Shown here: positions 1 through 12,523 of the stretch, one piece after another | Layout: the number at the start of each line of letters is the position of its first letter | Numbering within the stretch: the first letter of the stretch is position 1 | Assembly (NCBI GenBank): GCA_039096225.1 | Contig: JBBPEB010000027.1 | Span: 744,001 to 808,000 of the forward strand | Source: Blastocystis sp. Blastoise | Lineage: Eukaryota > Protista > Bigyra: Opalinata | Reading direction: 5' to 3' | DNA length: 64,000 nucleotides | The notes under the pieces: model-generated | Told to the model about the DNA's origin: nothing | What the model saw: only the letters and a program-made list of their open reading frames with translations | Databases searched by the model: none | Position numbers and translations under genes: made by a program

Positions 1-401
1 ATAATATTAATAATAATGAAGATAATAATACTAATAATGAAGATAATAAGAATAAAAATGAAATTATTAATAATAATGAAGATAATAATAATAATAATAA
101 TGAAGATAATAAGAATAATAATGAAATTATTAATAATAATACTAATAATAATACTACTGATAATAGTGCTATTATGGATACTATATATCAAAAAGAAGAT
201 AACTCTGAAAGTAGTGATGAAGAAGGTGTGACAACTATATATACTGCTTCTCAAGCTATAAATAATAATAATAATATCTCAGATAATAATAATAATAATA
301 TCTCAGATAATAATAATAATAACACTAGATCTACGTTATTATTACCTCCAAATATCATTTTAAATGCTGTTTCTGAAGATATAAATGAAGATGAAGAATT
401 A

Positions 402-432
<31 letters not shown>

Positions 433-925
433 TTACATCTACTACTACTACTACTACTACTAATAATAATAATAATAAAGACAAGAGTAATGAATTGAAA
501 GAAAAAGATGCCAAAATACAGTTATATAAGGAACAAATTATGAATTTAACAAATACGATCAAACAATTACAATCTGATATAAAGTATATATATATATAAT
601 AATAATACTTATAATTATAATAATAATTATTATAGATATAACGAGTATACATATAATAAAGAAAAAGATGGTCTCATGGAACTGTTTAATGTATATATAT
701 ATTCATATGCTATAAATATATATATAATTATTTATAGGAAAAAATAACTGATTATCAAAATTCTTTAGAAGTATATATATTTATAATTAATATATATATA
801 TATATATATATATAGGCTTTAAAATTAAAATTAGATAGTGAGTTGGAATTAAAATGGGAATTACAACAACAATTAAAACAGGAAATTGAGAAGAATAAAG
901 ATAATGGATTATTATCTTTCCTTTG

Positions 926-1010
<85 letters not shown>
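1..1010 (+). CDS. 3' part of an Asn-rich, coiled-coil hypothetical protein (gene begins left of the window; spliced)
   Basis: Frame open from position 3 with N/E/D-rich codons, three GT-AG introns that keep the frame, and a coiled-coil-like tail (..KEKDAKIQLYKEQ..LKLDSELELKWELQQQLKQEIE..LSFLWR). The frame then runs through an (AT)n tract to TAA at 1008-1010. Confidence 0.6.
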
Positions 1011-1012
<2 letters not shown>

Positions 1013-2002
1013 CTCTTCTTGCTTTATATTCATTCTTTCTTTGTATATATCAAAATATCTATATTATTATAATTATATAATTACTTATTTAAACAGAAAA
1101 TCTCTTTTAATTTTTGAATTTTTATTGACGACTTTTTTCCTTTTTATTCTTTATTAGTATTAAATACTATATATTTTTTTATTTTGTTCCTATTTCAAGA
1201 TTTATATTAGTTGTTTATAAACTACTGTTTTCTTATTATCTTTATGGAAATCAATTTGTTCATATTTAATCTCTTCATTTTTTTCTATATATATATAATC
1301 TAAAAACATACACTTTCTCAATTTTTCAATTTTTCTCACTTGTAGTTAATATCGTGATATATATATATATATATAGGATATTTTTATAAATAGAATTGCT
1401 ATTATTTGTTTTATGTCATTTGAAAATCTATTTTTGTTTTTGGTTTTCTTTTTTCTACATATATAAATAACACTTTCTTTTCTATTATGATTTACTTTGT
1501 TTTTCATTATTTACTCTCATTTTCAACATTTCTTAATGATCTATATTTGTATATTTCCATGATATGCATTTATCTATCATTTTGTAATATATATATATAT
1601 ATGCAGTATACAGTTTATACTATTTACTTTTTATATTCTATAAAGTTTTTATACATATATTCTTTACATATATGCGCTTTTTATAGCTTATATATATATA
1701 TCTGATATTTTTATAAGAGAAAAAAGAATATTGTTTATTAATATCGAAAACTGTTTATGATTATATATGTCAATAAACTGAAAATCGTACATGTGTAGTT
1801 TTAAAAAAATGAGAATATTATTAATATATGTAGTAAAAATGTCTAAAAATAAAACAAACAAACCTAATGTATTAAAAGAAAAAGAGAAAACAACAGTACA
1901 CACTCAAATATATAAAAGAAAATTTTATATAGCGTACATAATATTCTAAATTAAAAAAGAAAACTATAATTAAATACACACATAATTTGTATAAATAATT
2001 TA

Positions 2003-2369
2003 TTACATCATTTTATTTTGTTTTTTGTATAATTGATAATTATGCCATTCATTCTTAAGGCTAATATTATTCTTTGTCCAACCTGAACCAAGACCTATAC
2101 CAGTAAATAAAGCAGTGACAGCAGCTCTATATGTTGGCTTACCTAATAAATATAAATAGTTAAAATTTATAACAAAAATATAAAGAATAAATAGTTAAAA
2201 AAAAATGTCATTGAAAAACAAGAAACTAGAATATATATAAAATACCAAAAAAGACAAAAGCAGATAATGCACCTAGACATAAACCAACTGTAGTATTGAT
2301 AGTAAGACTTTTAAGGTATGTTGACCATGCTTCTTTACATAAAGGACTTTTTGTTACTTTATCTGACAT
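2003..2369 (-). CDS. MIC10: MICOS complex subunit Mic10-like protein (87 aa, 2 exons: 2369-2246, 2142-2003)
   Basis: Spliced translation MSDKVTKSPLCKEAWSTYLKSLTINTTVGLCLGALSAFVFFGKPTYRAAVTALFTGIGLGSGWTKNN... It has two hydrophobic helices, a short basic linker and GxGxGxG in TM2, the Mic10/DUF543 pattern. Not in the ORF track. Confidence 0.75.
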
Positions 2370-2705
2370 TATATACATTTATATATATGGATAATGATCT
2401 TATCATATACTTATATGAGTTATACGAGACTAGAATTGGTTTTAACTACAAATTTTGTTAACCTTCTTTTTTCCTTCGTTATCTGTTTTCATAATTATAT
2501 TAGAAATATGTCGTATATTTTGAAAAGAATCATGAGAATACTAAAGTGTGCTGGAATCTCAAAAGTATATTTCTGGTAAATCTGAAAAATAGACTAGGTG
2601 AATCATAATGAATCGTGATTATTCTTCTGTAGAACATTTATTCAGTCATGATTTTTAAAGTTTTATTTTCAATTCATATATCTCTACAATTAACGCTGTA
2701 AAAGA

Positions 2706-5700
2706 ATGAGTCAACCTTTTAATCCATTCTTAAGACCAGCCAAGTCTCAAGCTCCTCCTCCTACAGCAGCTCCTGCTTTCAATCCTCAAAATAGTCAACC
2801 AATTGCGAATAACTATATTCAACCTAATTCGCAACCTGTAGCATTCTTTCCATCAACTGCTCCTCCTACAACAATGGGTTATCCTCCTCAAAGTATGTAT
2901 CCACCTCCACCTACTTCAACTGTAGATCAACTCAATAATAATTTTCAAAAAATGAGTATCTCTTCTATGCCACCACCTCCACCTAGCATGGATGCAGCTC
3001 CTGTTCCATCTACAGCTCCTGGAACCAATGCATATTCAGGTATCTCATCGACACGTTATCAAGTTCCTACTGGTGCTTATCAATATGCATCTGGACAAGC
3101 TGATTTATCTAGCTATACTCCTCCTCCTACTGAAACTGCTCCCATTCAACAACAAACATATTCTCAAATGGCTGCTAATATGGCTGTTACTAATCCTTTA
3201 GCTGAACCTGCTGTTGAATATGATAATGGTCAACAGCCTGATGAAAAATTTGTCAAGTTTTCTATGAATTGTTGTCCTAATTCAACTGCTATGAGTTCTG
3301 GTACTGGTATTACTTTCGGTAGTGTCTTCAGACCTTTAGCACCTCAAGATTATGATGTATATATTAGATATTTTTTAATAGAAACTATATTTTTTAAATT
3401 TTATATAGAATGAAATTCCTGTGATTCCATATGGTACAGATGGTATTCAACGTTGTATGAAATGTCGTGCTTATATGAATCCTTTTGCTAATTTTATTGA
3501 TAATGGAAGACAATGGAAATGTAATTTCTGTGGACATATTAATGATGGTATATTATTATATTTATTATATTATTATTATTATTTATTATTATATTTATTT
3601 ATTTTTATGTTTATTATTATATTTATTATATATAGTTCCTACATCATATTATTGCCATTTAGATGCTTCTGGTCAAAGAGTTGATAGACTTACTGTATAT
3701 ATATAAATAATAATAATAATAATAATAATAATATGAATAATAATAATAATATATATATAGAGACCTGAATTAGCAAAAGGTCAAGTTGAATATGAAGCTA
3801 GTTCGGAGTATTGTTTACGTCCCCCTCAATCCCCCTCTTATTTATTTATGATAGATGTATCTTATCAGAGTATTACTAGTGGTATGTTATTAGTAGTATG
3901 TCAAAGTATACAAGATTGCTTGGAAGATATGAGATATAAGGGAGGAGAAGGAATACCTACTTATTTTGGTCTTATTACTTATGATACTACTGTTCATTTC
4001 TATGCTTTTGGAGTATATATATATATATTATTATTATTATTATTTTTAATGATTTTATAATTATGTTTATATATATATATATATATAGGCTAAGTCCGGT
4101 GTAAAAGTATATACAGTTGGTGATATCGATGAACCCTTCCTTCCTGTACCTACATCTCTTATGGTCTCTATTGATGAATATTATAATGTATATATACATT
4201 TATTATAATATTTATTATTCTATTTATTATTCTATTTATTATATATTTATATTATATTTATATTATATTTATATTATATTTATATTATATTTATATTATA
4301 TGTATTATAATAAATACAATAATAAACATTATAATATTTATTATAATACATATTCTATAGGAGATAACTCGATTATTAACGGCTCTCCCTCAGATGTACG
4401 CTGACACACGCATCGTCGACAGTTGTCTAGGTAGTGCTCTTTTATTCGCAGATAAAGTTATTGAAGATATTGGCGGGAAACTTCTTATATTCCAAGTATA
4501 TATACTATTATATTATACTATTATATTATAATATATTATATATGATTATATTATATATGATTATATTATATTATATTATATTATATATATATAGTCCTGT
4601 CTTCCTTCCCTTGGTAAGGGTAAACTTCGTAATCGTGAGAGTGCTACTGTTTATGGTACTGACGCAGAGAAAGACTTACTTGCTTCTACTGAAGAAAGTT
4701 ATAAAGAAATAGCTCAACAATTTGCTGCTATTAAACAAGTTTCAGTTGATTTATATATTGCTTCCTCTCAATATATGGATATTGCTAATTTATCTGTATT
4801 ACCGCGATTATCAGGTGGTCAATTATATTATTATCCTAGTTTTAATAGTGGTAATAATATGAGTGAATGTTTATATAATGATATATTAAGAAATATAAGA
4901 AGAGAAACAGGATGGGAAGCTGTATTTAGAGTTCGTGTTGGTCAAGGTATATATATATATATATATATATATAGTTATAAATATATAGTTATTATTATGT
5001 TTATTATTACTCTATTTTATTTACTATATATTATTTATAATAATAATATATATATATATATAGGTGCTACTATAAGTGAGTATCATGGTAATTTCTTCTT
5101 AAGATCAACTGACCTTATGTCTGCTCCTGTTCCTACAGCTGATTCTGTATATGTATTAGAATTTAAGATCGAAAGTCTTATTAATACTCCTTCTTTATGT
5201 GTTCAAAGTGCATTATTATATACAAATAGTAGTAAACAACGTAGAATACGTGTACATACTGCTGCTCTACCTGTTTATTCATTATTGAATCAATTATATA
5301 CTAAGATTAATTGTGATGTTTTTGTTAATATTATATTCAGACAAGGTATAATCTATTTAGTATTATATTTATTATTTTTATTATTATTATTATTATGTTT
5401 AATATATATACATTCTTACAATTATTATTATTCTTATATATATATATATATATAGCTATACAACATGAGTATATATCTGGTCCTTCTCTTACTCGTCAAA
5501 AGATACATCAAGTTATATTGAATGTTATTAATAAATATGCTCCTTATAGAGACATGAATGATATGAATTATTTACCAGAATGTCTTGCATTATTACCTCT
5601 CTATATTGTATATATATATATATTATTATTATTATTATATTTATTATGTATATATTATTATTATTATTATGATTGATATTATTATTATGTATATATTATA

Positions 5701-5911
5701 TATTATTATTATTATAATATATAGATGTCCCTCCAAAAGCATCCCGCGTATCGTGGCGGTACTGATAACAGAAGTGATATGAGAAGTTTCTTGTTGAACC
5801 AAATACTCGTGCTATCCAATGAAAATATTAGTATTCAATTATATCCTAGACTTATGTGTATATCTACTATGATTCCCGAAGTATATATATATATATATTA
5901 TTATACATTAT

Positions 5912-5973
<62 letters not shown>

Positions 5974-6712
5974 TATTATATATTATTATATATATAATAT
6001 TATTATATATATAATATTATATATATATAGTGTTGTACGTGTTTATCTGATGATACTCCTGTTCCTGAAGGATATACTTCTTTATCTCCTGATAATTTCT
6101 TACTTCCTCCTATTACTTCTCTTTCTATTAATAGTATTGTACCTCAATATACATATTTATTAGATGATGGATTAAACTTTTATTTATTTATTGGACCACA
6201 AAGTGATACTACTATTTATCAAGAATTATTTGGTATACCAAGTGCAGAAGGATTAGATCTATCTCAAGTATATATATATATAATATAAATAATATATATA
6301 TAATATAATATATTATGGTTTATCCTCAACCTTTTTATATAAAGATATATATATAACTGCAATAGTAAACCAAAATAATTTTATTCTTATTTTTTTTATT
6401 ACTTCCAATATATATATATAAAATTTAATATATATATTCAGATAAAAAATAATATTTTCAATATATATATATATATAGGTATTTTTCCCAGTATTAGAGA
6501 CTGAGTTAAATCATAAAGTTCATGCATTATTAGATCGTTTACGTATAGACAGACCTTATTTTACTCCTTTATATATTATTCGTCAAAATGAACCTTTATA
6601 TATGAAGTTTATACAAAGATTAATTGAAGATAGAGACAGTTTCCCTGGAGGTACTTTTAGTTATCAGGAATATGTCAATCTTGTTAGTGGAGGTATTCAA
6701 CAGAAATATTAA
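2706..6712 (+). CDS. SEC24: COPII coat subunit Sec24 (multi-exon)
   Basis: Pro-rich N-terminus; zinc finger RCMKCRAYMNPF...WKCNFC; RPELAKGQVEY; FMIDVS; GWEAVFRVRVG; VQSALLYTNSSKQRRIRVHT; gelsolin-like YLLDDG; ends TAA 6710-6712. Confidence 0.95.
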
Positions 6713-9700
6713 ATATTATATTATTAATTAATATAATTATAAGATATTATATATATATAATATATATATATATTAAAATATTATTATATATAATATTATT
6801 CTTCAATATACTTATCACTTTATTATATATTCTTTTATTCTATATATATAATTTATTTATTTAATTATTTTTCTTTTTTTTTTATTATCATTATTCTATA
6901 TATATATAAATATATCAAATATCATCTATATGATAATAATATTTTATTTATTTCTCTATGTATTTTCTATTTTACCATTCTTTGTCTTTAAATATATTTC
7001 TTCAAATATTATTGCTGTTCTTTTATATATATATATCGATGTATATTTATTATTTTATTGTATATCATTACTTCTTGATCATTCAAATCAATTATTTTAT
7101 TTATATATATGTATGTATCTATTTCTATTATTTCTTTATTTTTGTAGACCAATTAGATTATTATTTATTTGTTTTTGTTATTTTTCAAAAAATCAATATA
7201 TATTCATATTAAAATATATTTTGTGATTCATTAGTATCAAATAATAAAAATTTATTAATAAAGTTTTTATAATAGATATTCACTGGTGGGCAGCTTTTTA
7301 AAATCGTGAAAATTCTGGTATGCACCCTAGCTGTTTTTTGGTATAAAAAAAGTGTTTTTTTGGTATATACAGGACTTTTCCTGGTATAAACTTATGGTGG
7401 GTTTTGTATTCCTATAGTTACGGGGGATGTATCTTTTTATGACTACGACTTATTTTTAATGTTTATTTTTGGTATTCCATAATGACAGTGGTTGTATTTA
7501 CTGTTGATATATATTAGATAAAAATGTCCATAACAACATCTATTTTACATTTTAGACTTTCATTAGTGTCATTTTAGACTGTTTTAAACACATTATTTCT
7601 TTGTCTTCTTTTAATACATATTTTAGTTGTTTAAGCATAAAAAACAATAAAAATAACAAAATACAAAAAAATTAAAGAATAAACAATTAAATAAAGTAAA
7701 ATATAAAAAAATATTATTTAATTTTGACCGAGGGACTTTGTTTTCTACTCATATAAGGAACCTATAAAAATATAATTATAGAAATGTAATAAATAAAAGG
7801 ATAAATAAATACATACAGTTTAAGAGCTCATGGAGAATCACATTTCCTTGAAGCAGAACAACAAGAGAGGTTACCTTTGAAATCAAGTCATTTCTGGTCA
7901 GCTGATCATTATAGAAGAAGCTATATTTAGAATCGCCAAGAGAATCTGTGCTTATTTTTGAATAATTTGAGTTATATATACAAGCTATAGAATAATAGAT
8001 ATATAGGGAATGAAAAAAATACCATTTTAAAGAAAACAACCAACTTTATAAATATTAATAAATATAAAGATTTTTGTTAGTGTTTTCTTGAAAAAAAGAA
8101 TAAGCATGGCCCTGAATATGAATTTGTATGAATTTGTTTATATATAAGAAAAGTACTAAAATCCAGGGGTTATTTCGACTCTGTAATATTTTTAGTAAAA
8201 CTTCACTTTGAAGTTAAGAAAAAAGTATATATTGATGCTTATGTAATATGGTTGTTTATAAATATATAAATTGTACTCTGACAATGGTTTCAAGGTTACT
8301 GGTGTAAAAAACTTCCATTCTTGAAGGCAATTACTTTCATATTTGTTTTACTTATGAGCTTTATTGACGTTGTAGTGTCGATTGATTGTCAGTGAGTCGT
8401 TTTGAGTCAAAATATATACAAATAATGAACTTTTATCAAACTGATTAACAAATACTGAGATAAAATATTTAATTATATTTATGTTTTCTTTTAATATCAA
8501 TACACTTGTAGAGATGAATAAGTGTAAAATTAGCTTTTAAAAAGCTTAATTGAATGGTTTTAAGGTTATTTTCAATAAATAAAAATATTTTCTAAAAATA
8601 TTATAAATATATATATACAAGCTTTATTTTCAATTATTTTCATTTAAAATCATATTAAAAACTAAAAGATTATTAATTATTATATATTATACAAAGAGAA
8701 TAAATAAAATAATTTATTAATATTATAATAATAAAAAGATATATATATATATATATAATAAAAAGTAAATATAAAAACAACAATATAATATAATTACTTA
8801 TAATAAGAATGAGTTAATAAATACTAGTTGATTATTTTAATTTAGGATAGATTTATATATATATAAAACATTTATTATATAACCTATATATATATATAAT
8901 CCATGTATATAACCTATATGTACATATACGTATATATTGTTCATTCTCCATTGTATATATTATCTTTTTAAAACAGAATACTGATTAAGAGAAAGAGTAA
9001 TAGTAGTAGAGAAAAGAATTACAATAATTATATATCTATTTAATCTATATAAATATATTTAAATAGATATAAATAAATATAAATAGATATAAATAAATAT
9101 AAATAGATATAAATAGATATAAATAAATATAAATAGATATATATAGATATAAATAAGTATAAATATATTTAAATAGATATAAATAAATATAAATAAATGA
9201 ATATATATATACTGAAACATTCAATACATTCCTCGATATAAATAAAACTCTCTCATTTCATTAGTCTTCATTTCTATCTATTCTTTTTATTATATATGTA
9301 TATATTAATTAGTTGAAGAATTCAATAATTAAGAGTAATTAATCTCATTTTAAGGCATTTATTTTCTACTTAAGTATATTAATTCTAAAGGTGAAAGTAT
9401 AAGAAGAATCACGGAAAAATGATCTATTTATAAATAGATATAATAGATATAGTATTCTAAATTGTTTGTTAAACGTATATAATAACATATATGTATATAT
9501 ATATATAGTTTTATGTATAATAATATATACATATAAATATAAAAAATGATATAATAATAATAACATTATATACTATAGGAGAGATAGTAGTACCAGAAAC
9601 AAACAACATAAATTTCATTGAGTACTCAAGAAAGAATAATGTATTCTTACACTATATATGTTTATATAAAAATAAATATAGACAAATACATATAGAATAG

Positions 9701-10659
9701 TAGCTAAATAATTATATATATATATACAATTATTGTATATACATAATATATACTTTATGTAAACTGTGTTTCTCTACAAAAGAAGAATCATAAATATATT
9801 TAACTATATATATATTATAATATAAATTAATAAATATATAGTAATTTTAATATATATACTTATATGAATAATTTCGAATTCTTATTTTATATTTTATTCA
9901 TATCATAACAAGCACAATACTCAAAACATATATATAATATCTCCTTGTTGATTTAATACATATATAACTATAGATAGAGAAAGCTAAAATGAATTTATAA
10001 TATATAGTAATATATAATGATATATCATTACTATATATATGAGAATAGGCAAAAAAATTCCCATTGGTCAGTTTTTGGAAAATGCATTTGATTGGTTAAG
10101 GTATACTATAGTTTGTACCCACAACTCCTCTAAACTTACGGGAAGTTAACTTTTGGTTGAAACACAGTTCAATACGATATAAGCTGTAGATTTGCACCGT
10201 CTACTTTGTTAAGCTATATTGTTTATAATTAAAAAGTTATTAATAAAAGAACAGAAAACATGATTTTTGAGTCGTTTTTGATTGGCTCTTTGGGGTGACC
10301 CCGATAAAAATTGTTGACCAGACAATTGAAAAATAAACATGGGGTAAACTTGATTTTTTCTCAATCCCACAATATACGTTATCCGTGTTTATTCTTTATA
10401 TTCATCTATTTTTTAATACTTTTTCATATTGAACACGTGAGGCCTTAACGGTCAAATTTAGATTGTCAATTTGACATGATATTCTGATTCAGGAGGTCGA
10501 AAAACCTAGGTGTAGCGATTTTGAGCTCCTGAGGACGATTTTTGAGTGATCCATATTTTCTTTGATCTTCTTATAATCAACTAATATTGTAGTATTGTAA
10601 TCAATAGGTTATTAAACTACTATAGTTAAAACAGAGTCTTAAAATAATGAGTTTGAGTG

Positions 10660-12060
10660 TCACAATTTTGAAAAATGTGAATTAAGTAGTCTTAGAGTGA
10701 GAGATTCAATATAATGACTTTTATTTAGTAAACTTGAGATATTACTCTATACTATATCAAAACAAGAGTCAAAACTATGAAAGTCAAAGTGTATATGACC
10801 AAATGACAAAATGTGTCTTAAAAAGTAAAAAAGGGTTTCTATATGTGTATAGAATTATTTATTAAGTTTATTTTATGAATAAGAGCTTTAAATAAATAGT
10901 TTAAGGTTGTCAAATTTAAAAGAATGTGTAAAACATAGTCTTAAACTATGAATAAAAAATTTAGAGATATTAATTAGTGTACAGCTGTAGTAGCTCTACA
11001 ACATATCAAAAGTACAAAGAAAATAATTTTTAAAGAGTGGATGTGTGAGGTGTTGTGACTATTATTTAAAATTTATTTTTACTTCAGTTTATATAAAATC
11101 GTGAATTTCGCGCACTGTAGAAAAATTGAGTCAAAAAAACAACTCTAAGGGTCTTAAATTTTGAAAAATGTAAAAATGAGTGACTTAGAGGACGAGATTC
11201 AAAATAAGAGTGTTTAGTCATTAAACTAGACTGTATGACCTATATTATGTTAAAAGGAGGGATGAAAATATTTTGGTCGAAGTAAATGACCAAATGGTAA
11301 AGTCTTCTTAATAAGTCTAAAGTGATGACTAATATGTTTATGGTGTCTTATAAAGTCTACTATGTAAATATTAGCTTTTAAAAATATGTTTAAGCCTTTC
11401 AATTAGTAAAAATATGTTCAAAGAGACTCATAAAATGAGAGTTTTAAGAAACGAGATATTGTTCAGTATACACTAAGAGACACTCTACAACATATCAAAA
11501 ATATAGCAAAAACTATTTTTAGAGAGTGGATGTGTGAAGGGTTGTGTGAGTTATTGAAAAAATATTTTTCACTCAGTTTATCCAAAATTATGTTTTTGGA
11601 ACACTGTAGAAAAATTAACTTCAAAAATCAACTCTAAGGGTCTTAATTTTTAAAAATGTGAAAATGATTGACTTAGAGGACGAGATTCAAAATTCCCCCT
11701 CGCTTTCATATAATTAGAGCACACACTCTATATTATATCAAAAGGAGGGATGAAAATATTTTGGTCGAAGTAAATGAGCAAATGCAAAAGGTTTATAAAA
11801 TGTCTTAAAGTGATGACCAATGTGTAGCTATGGTCTTATTAAGTAAAGTGTGTAAATATTAGCTTATAAAAATGAGTTTAAGTGTGTCAACTTTTCATAA
11901 TGTGTCAAGAAGGGTCTTTAAGAAAGAGATTCAAAACATTTGCTTTTATTTAATAAATTGTATAATAAAATCTATACTATATCAAAAGACTGAAGGAAAT
12001 TATTTTGATACAGTGGATCTTGAATGGGTAAAGTCTCTTTAAAAGTCACTTTTTCGAGTC
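10660..12060. repeat. Tandem satellite inside the Helitron: about six ~245-bp monomers arranged as ~490-bp A/B dimers
   Basis: Blocks recur at a 490-bp offset (CTCTACAACATATCAAAA 10994/11484; AAAGGAGGGATGAAAATATTTTGGTCGAAGTAAATGA ~11251/11741; CACTGTAGAAAAATT 11112/11602). A degenerate CTCTAYW-ATATCAAAA core recurs about every 245 bp. Confidence 0.85.
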
Positions 12061-12454
12061 ATTTATGATTAAAATAAGTATTTGAGACAACTGAAGAAAT
12101 ATTAACTTTTTAAACCATGTTTTATTAGTCAAAGCTAGAATGAATGCTGACTTTGTTATGATTAAAGCTTTCTAATTCTTTTAAAAAGTATTGAAATGAG
12201 TTTAAATCATTATATTACGTTTATTTAAATGAATTTTATGAATTAAAAATACTCAAGAGTACTTCACATTGTGACTCATTTCTGAAGTTATTGACTTTAA
12301 AAACTAAAAAAATGCTTAAAACAGTTGTTTAATTATTTATAAATACAAAATATATTTTTAAAATAATAAATAATATATAATAATACAAATTTCGTTTTTA
12401 GTATCTAAGAAATTCTTTTAGTTTTTTACATATTATAAAAAAGAATCTAAAAGA

Positions 12455-12523
12455 TACTTATATCAGGAATTGAACCTGATTACAATCATTTACTGATTAT
12501 AACTCTCCATATAGAGTATAAGA
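12455..12523 (-). ncRNA. Atypical tRNA-like cloverleaf (copy 1, in the Helitron)
   Basis: TCTTATA-CTCT ATATGG AGAG-T-TATAATCA GTAAA TGATTGTA-A-TCAGG TTCAATT CCTGA-TATAAGT-A, followed by TCTTTT. Perfect T-arm/B-box; no canonical anticodon loop. Confidence 0.7.

Noticed and set aside
10660-12060. CRISPR-like or LTR interpretation of the repeats
   Set aside because: Units are long, contiguous and degenerate with no unique spacers, no TG..CA ends and no cas or pol genes; the context is eukaryotic.
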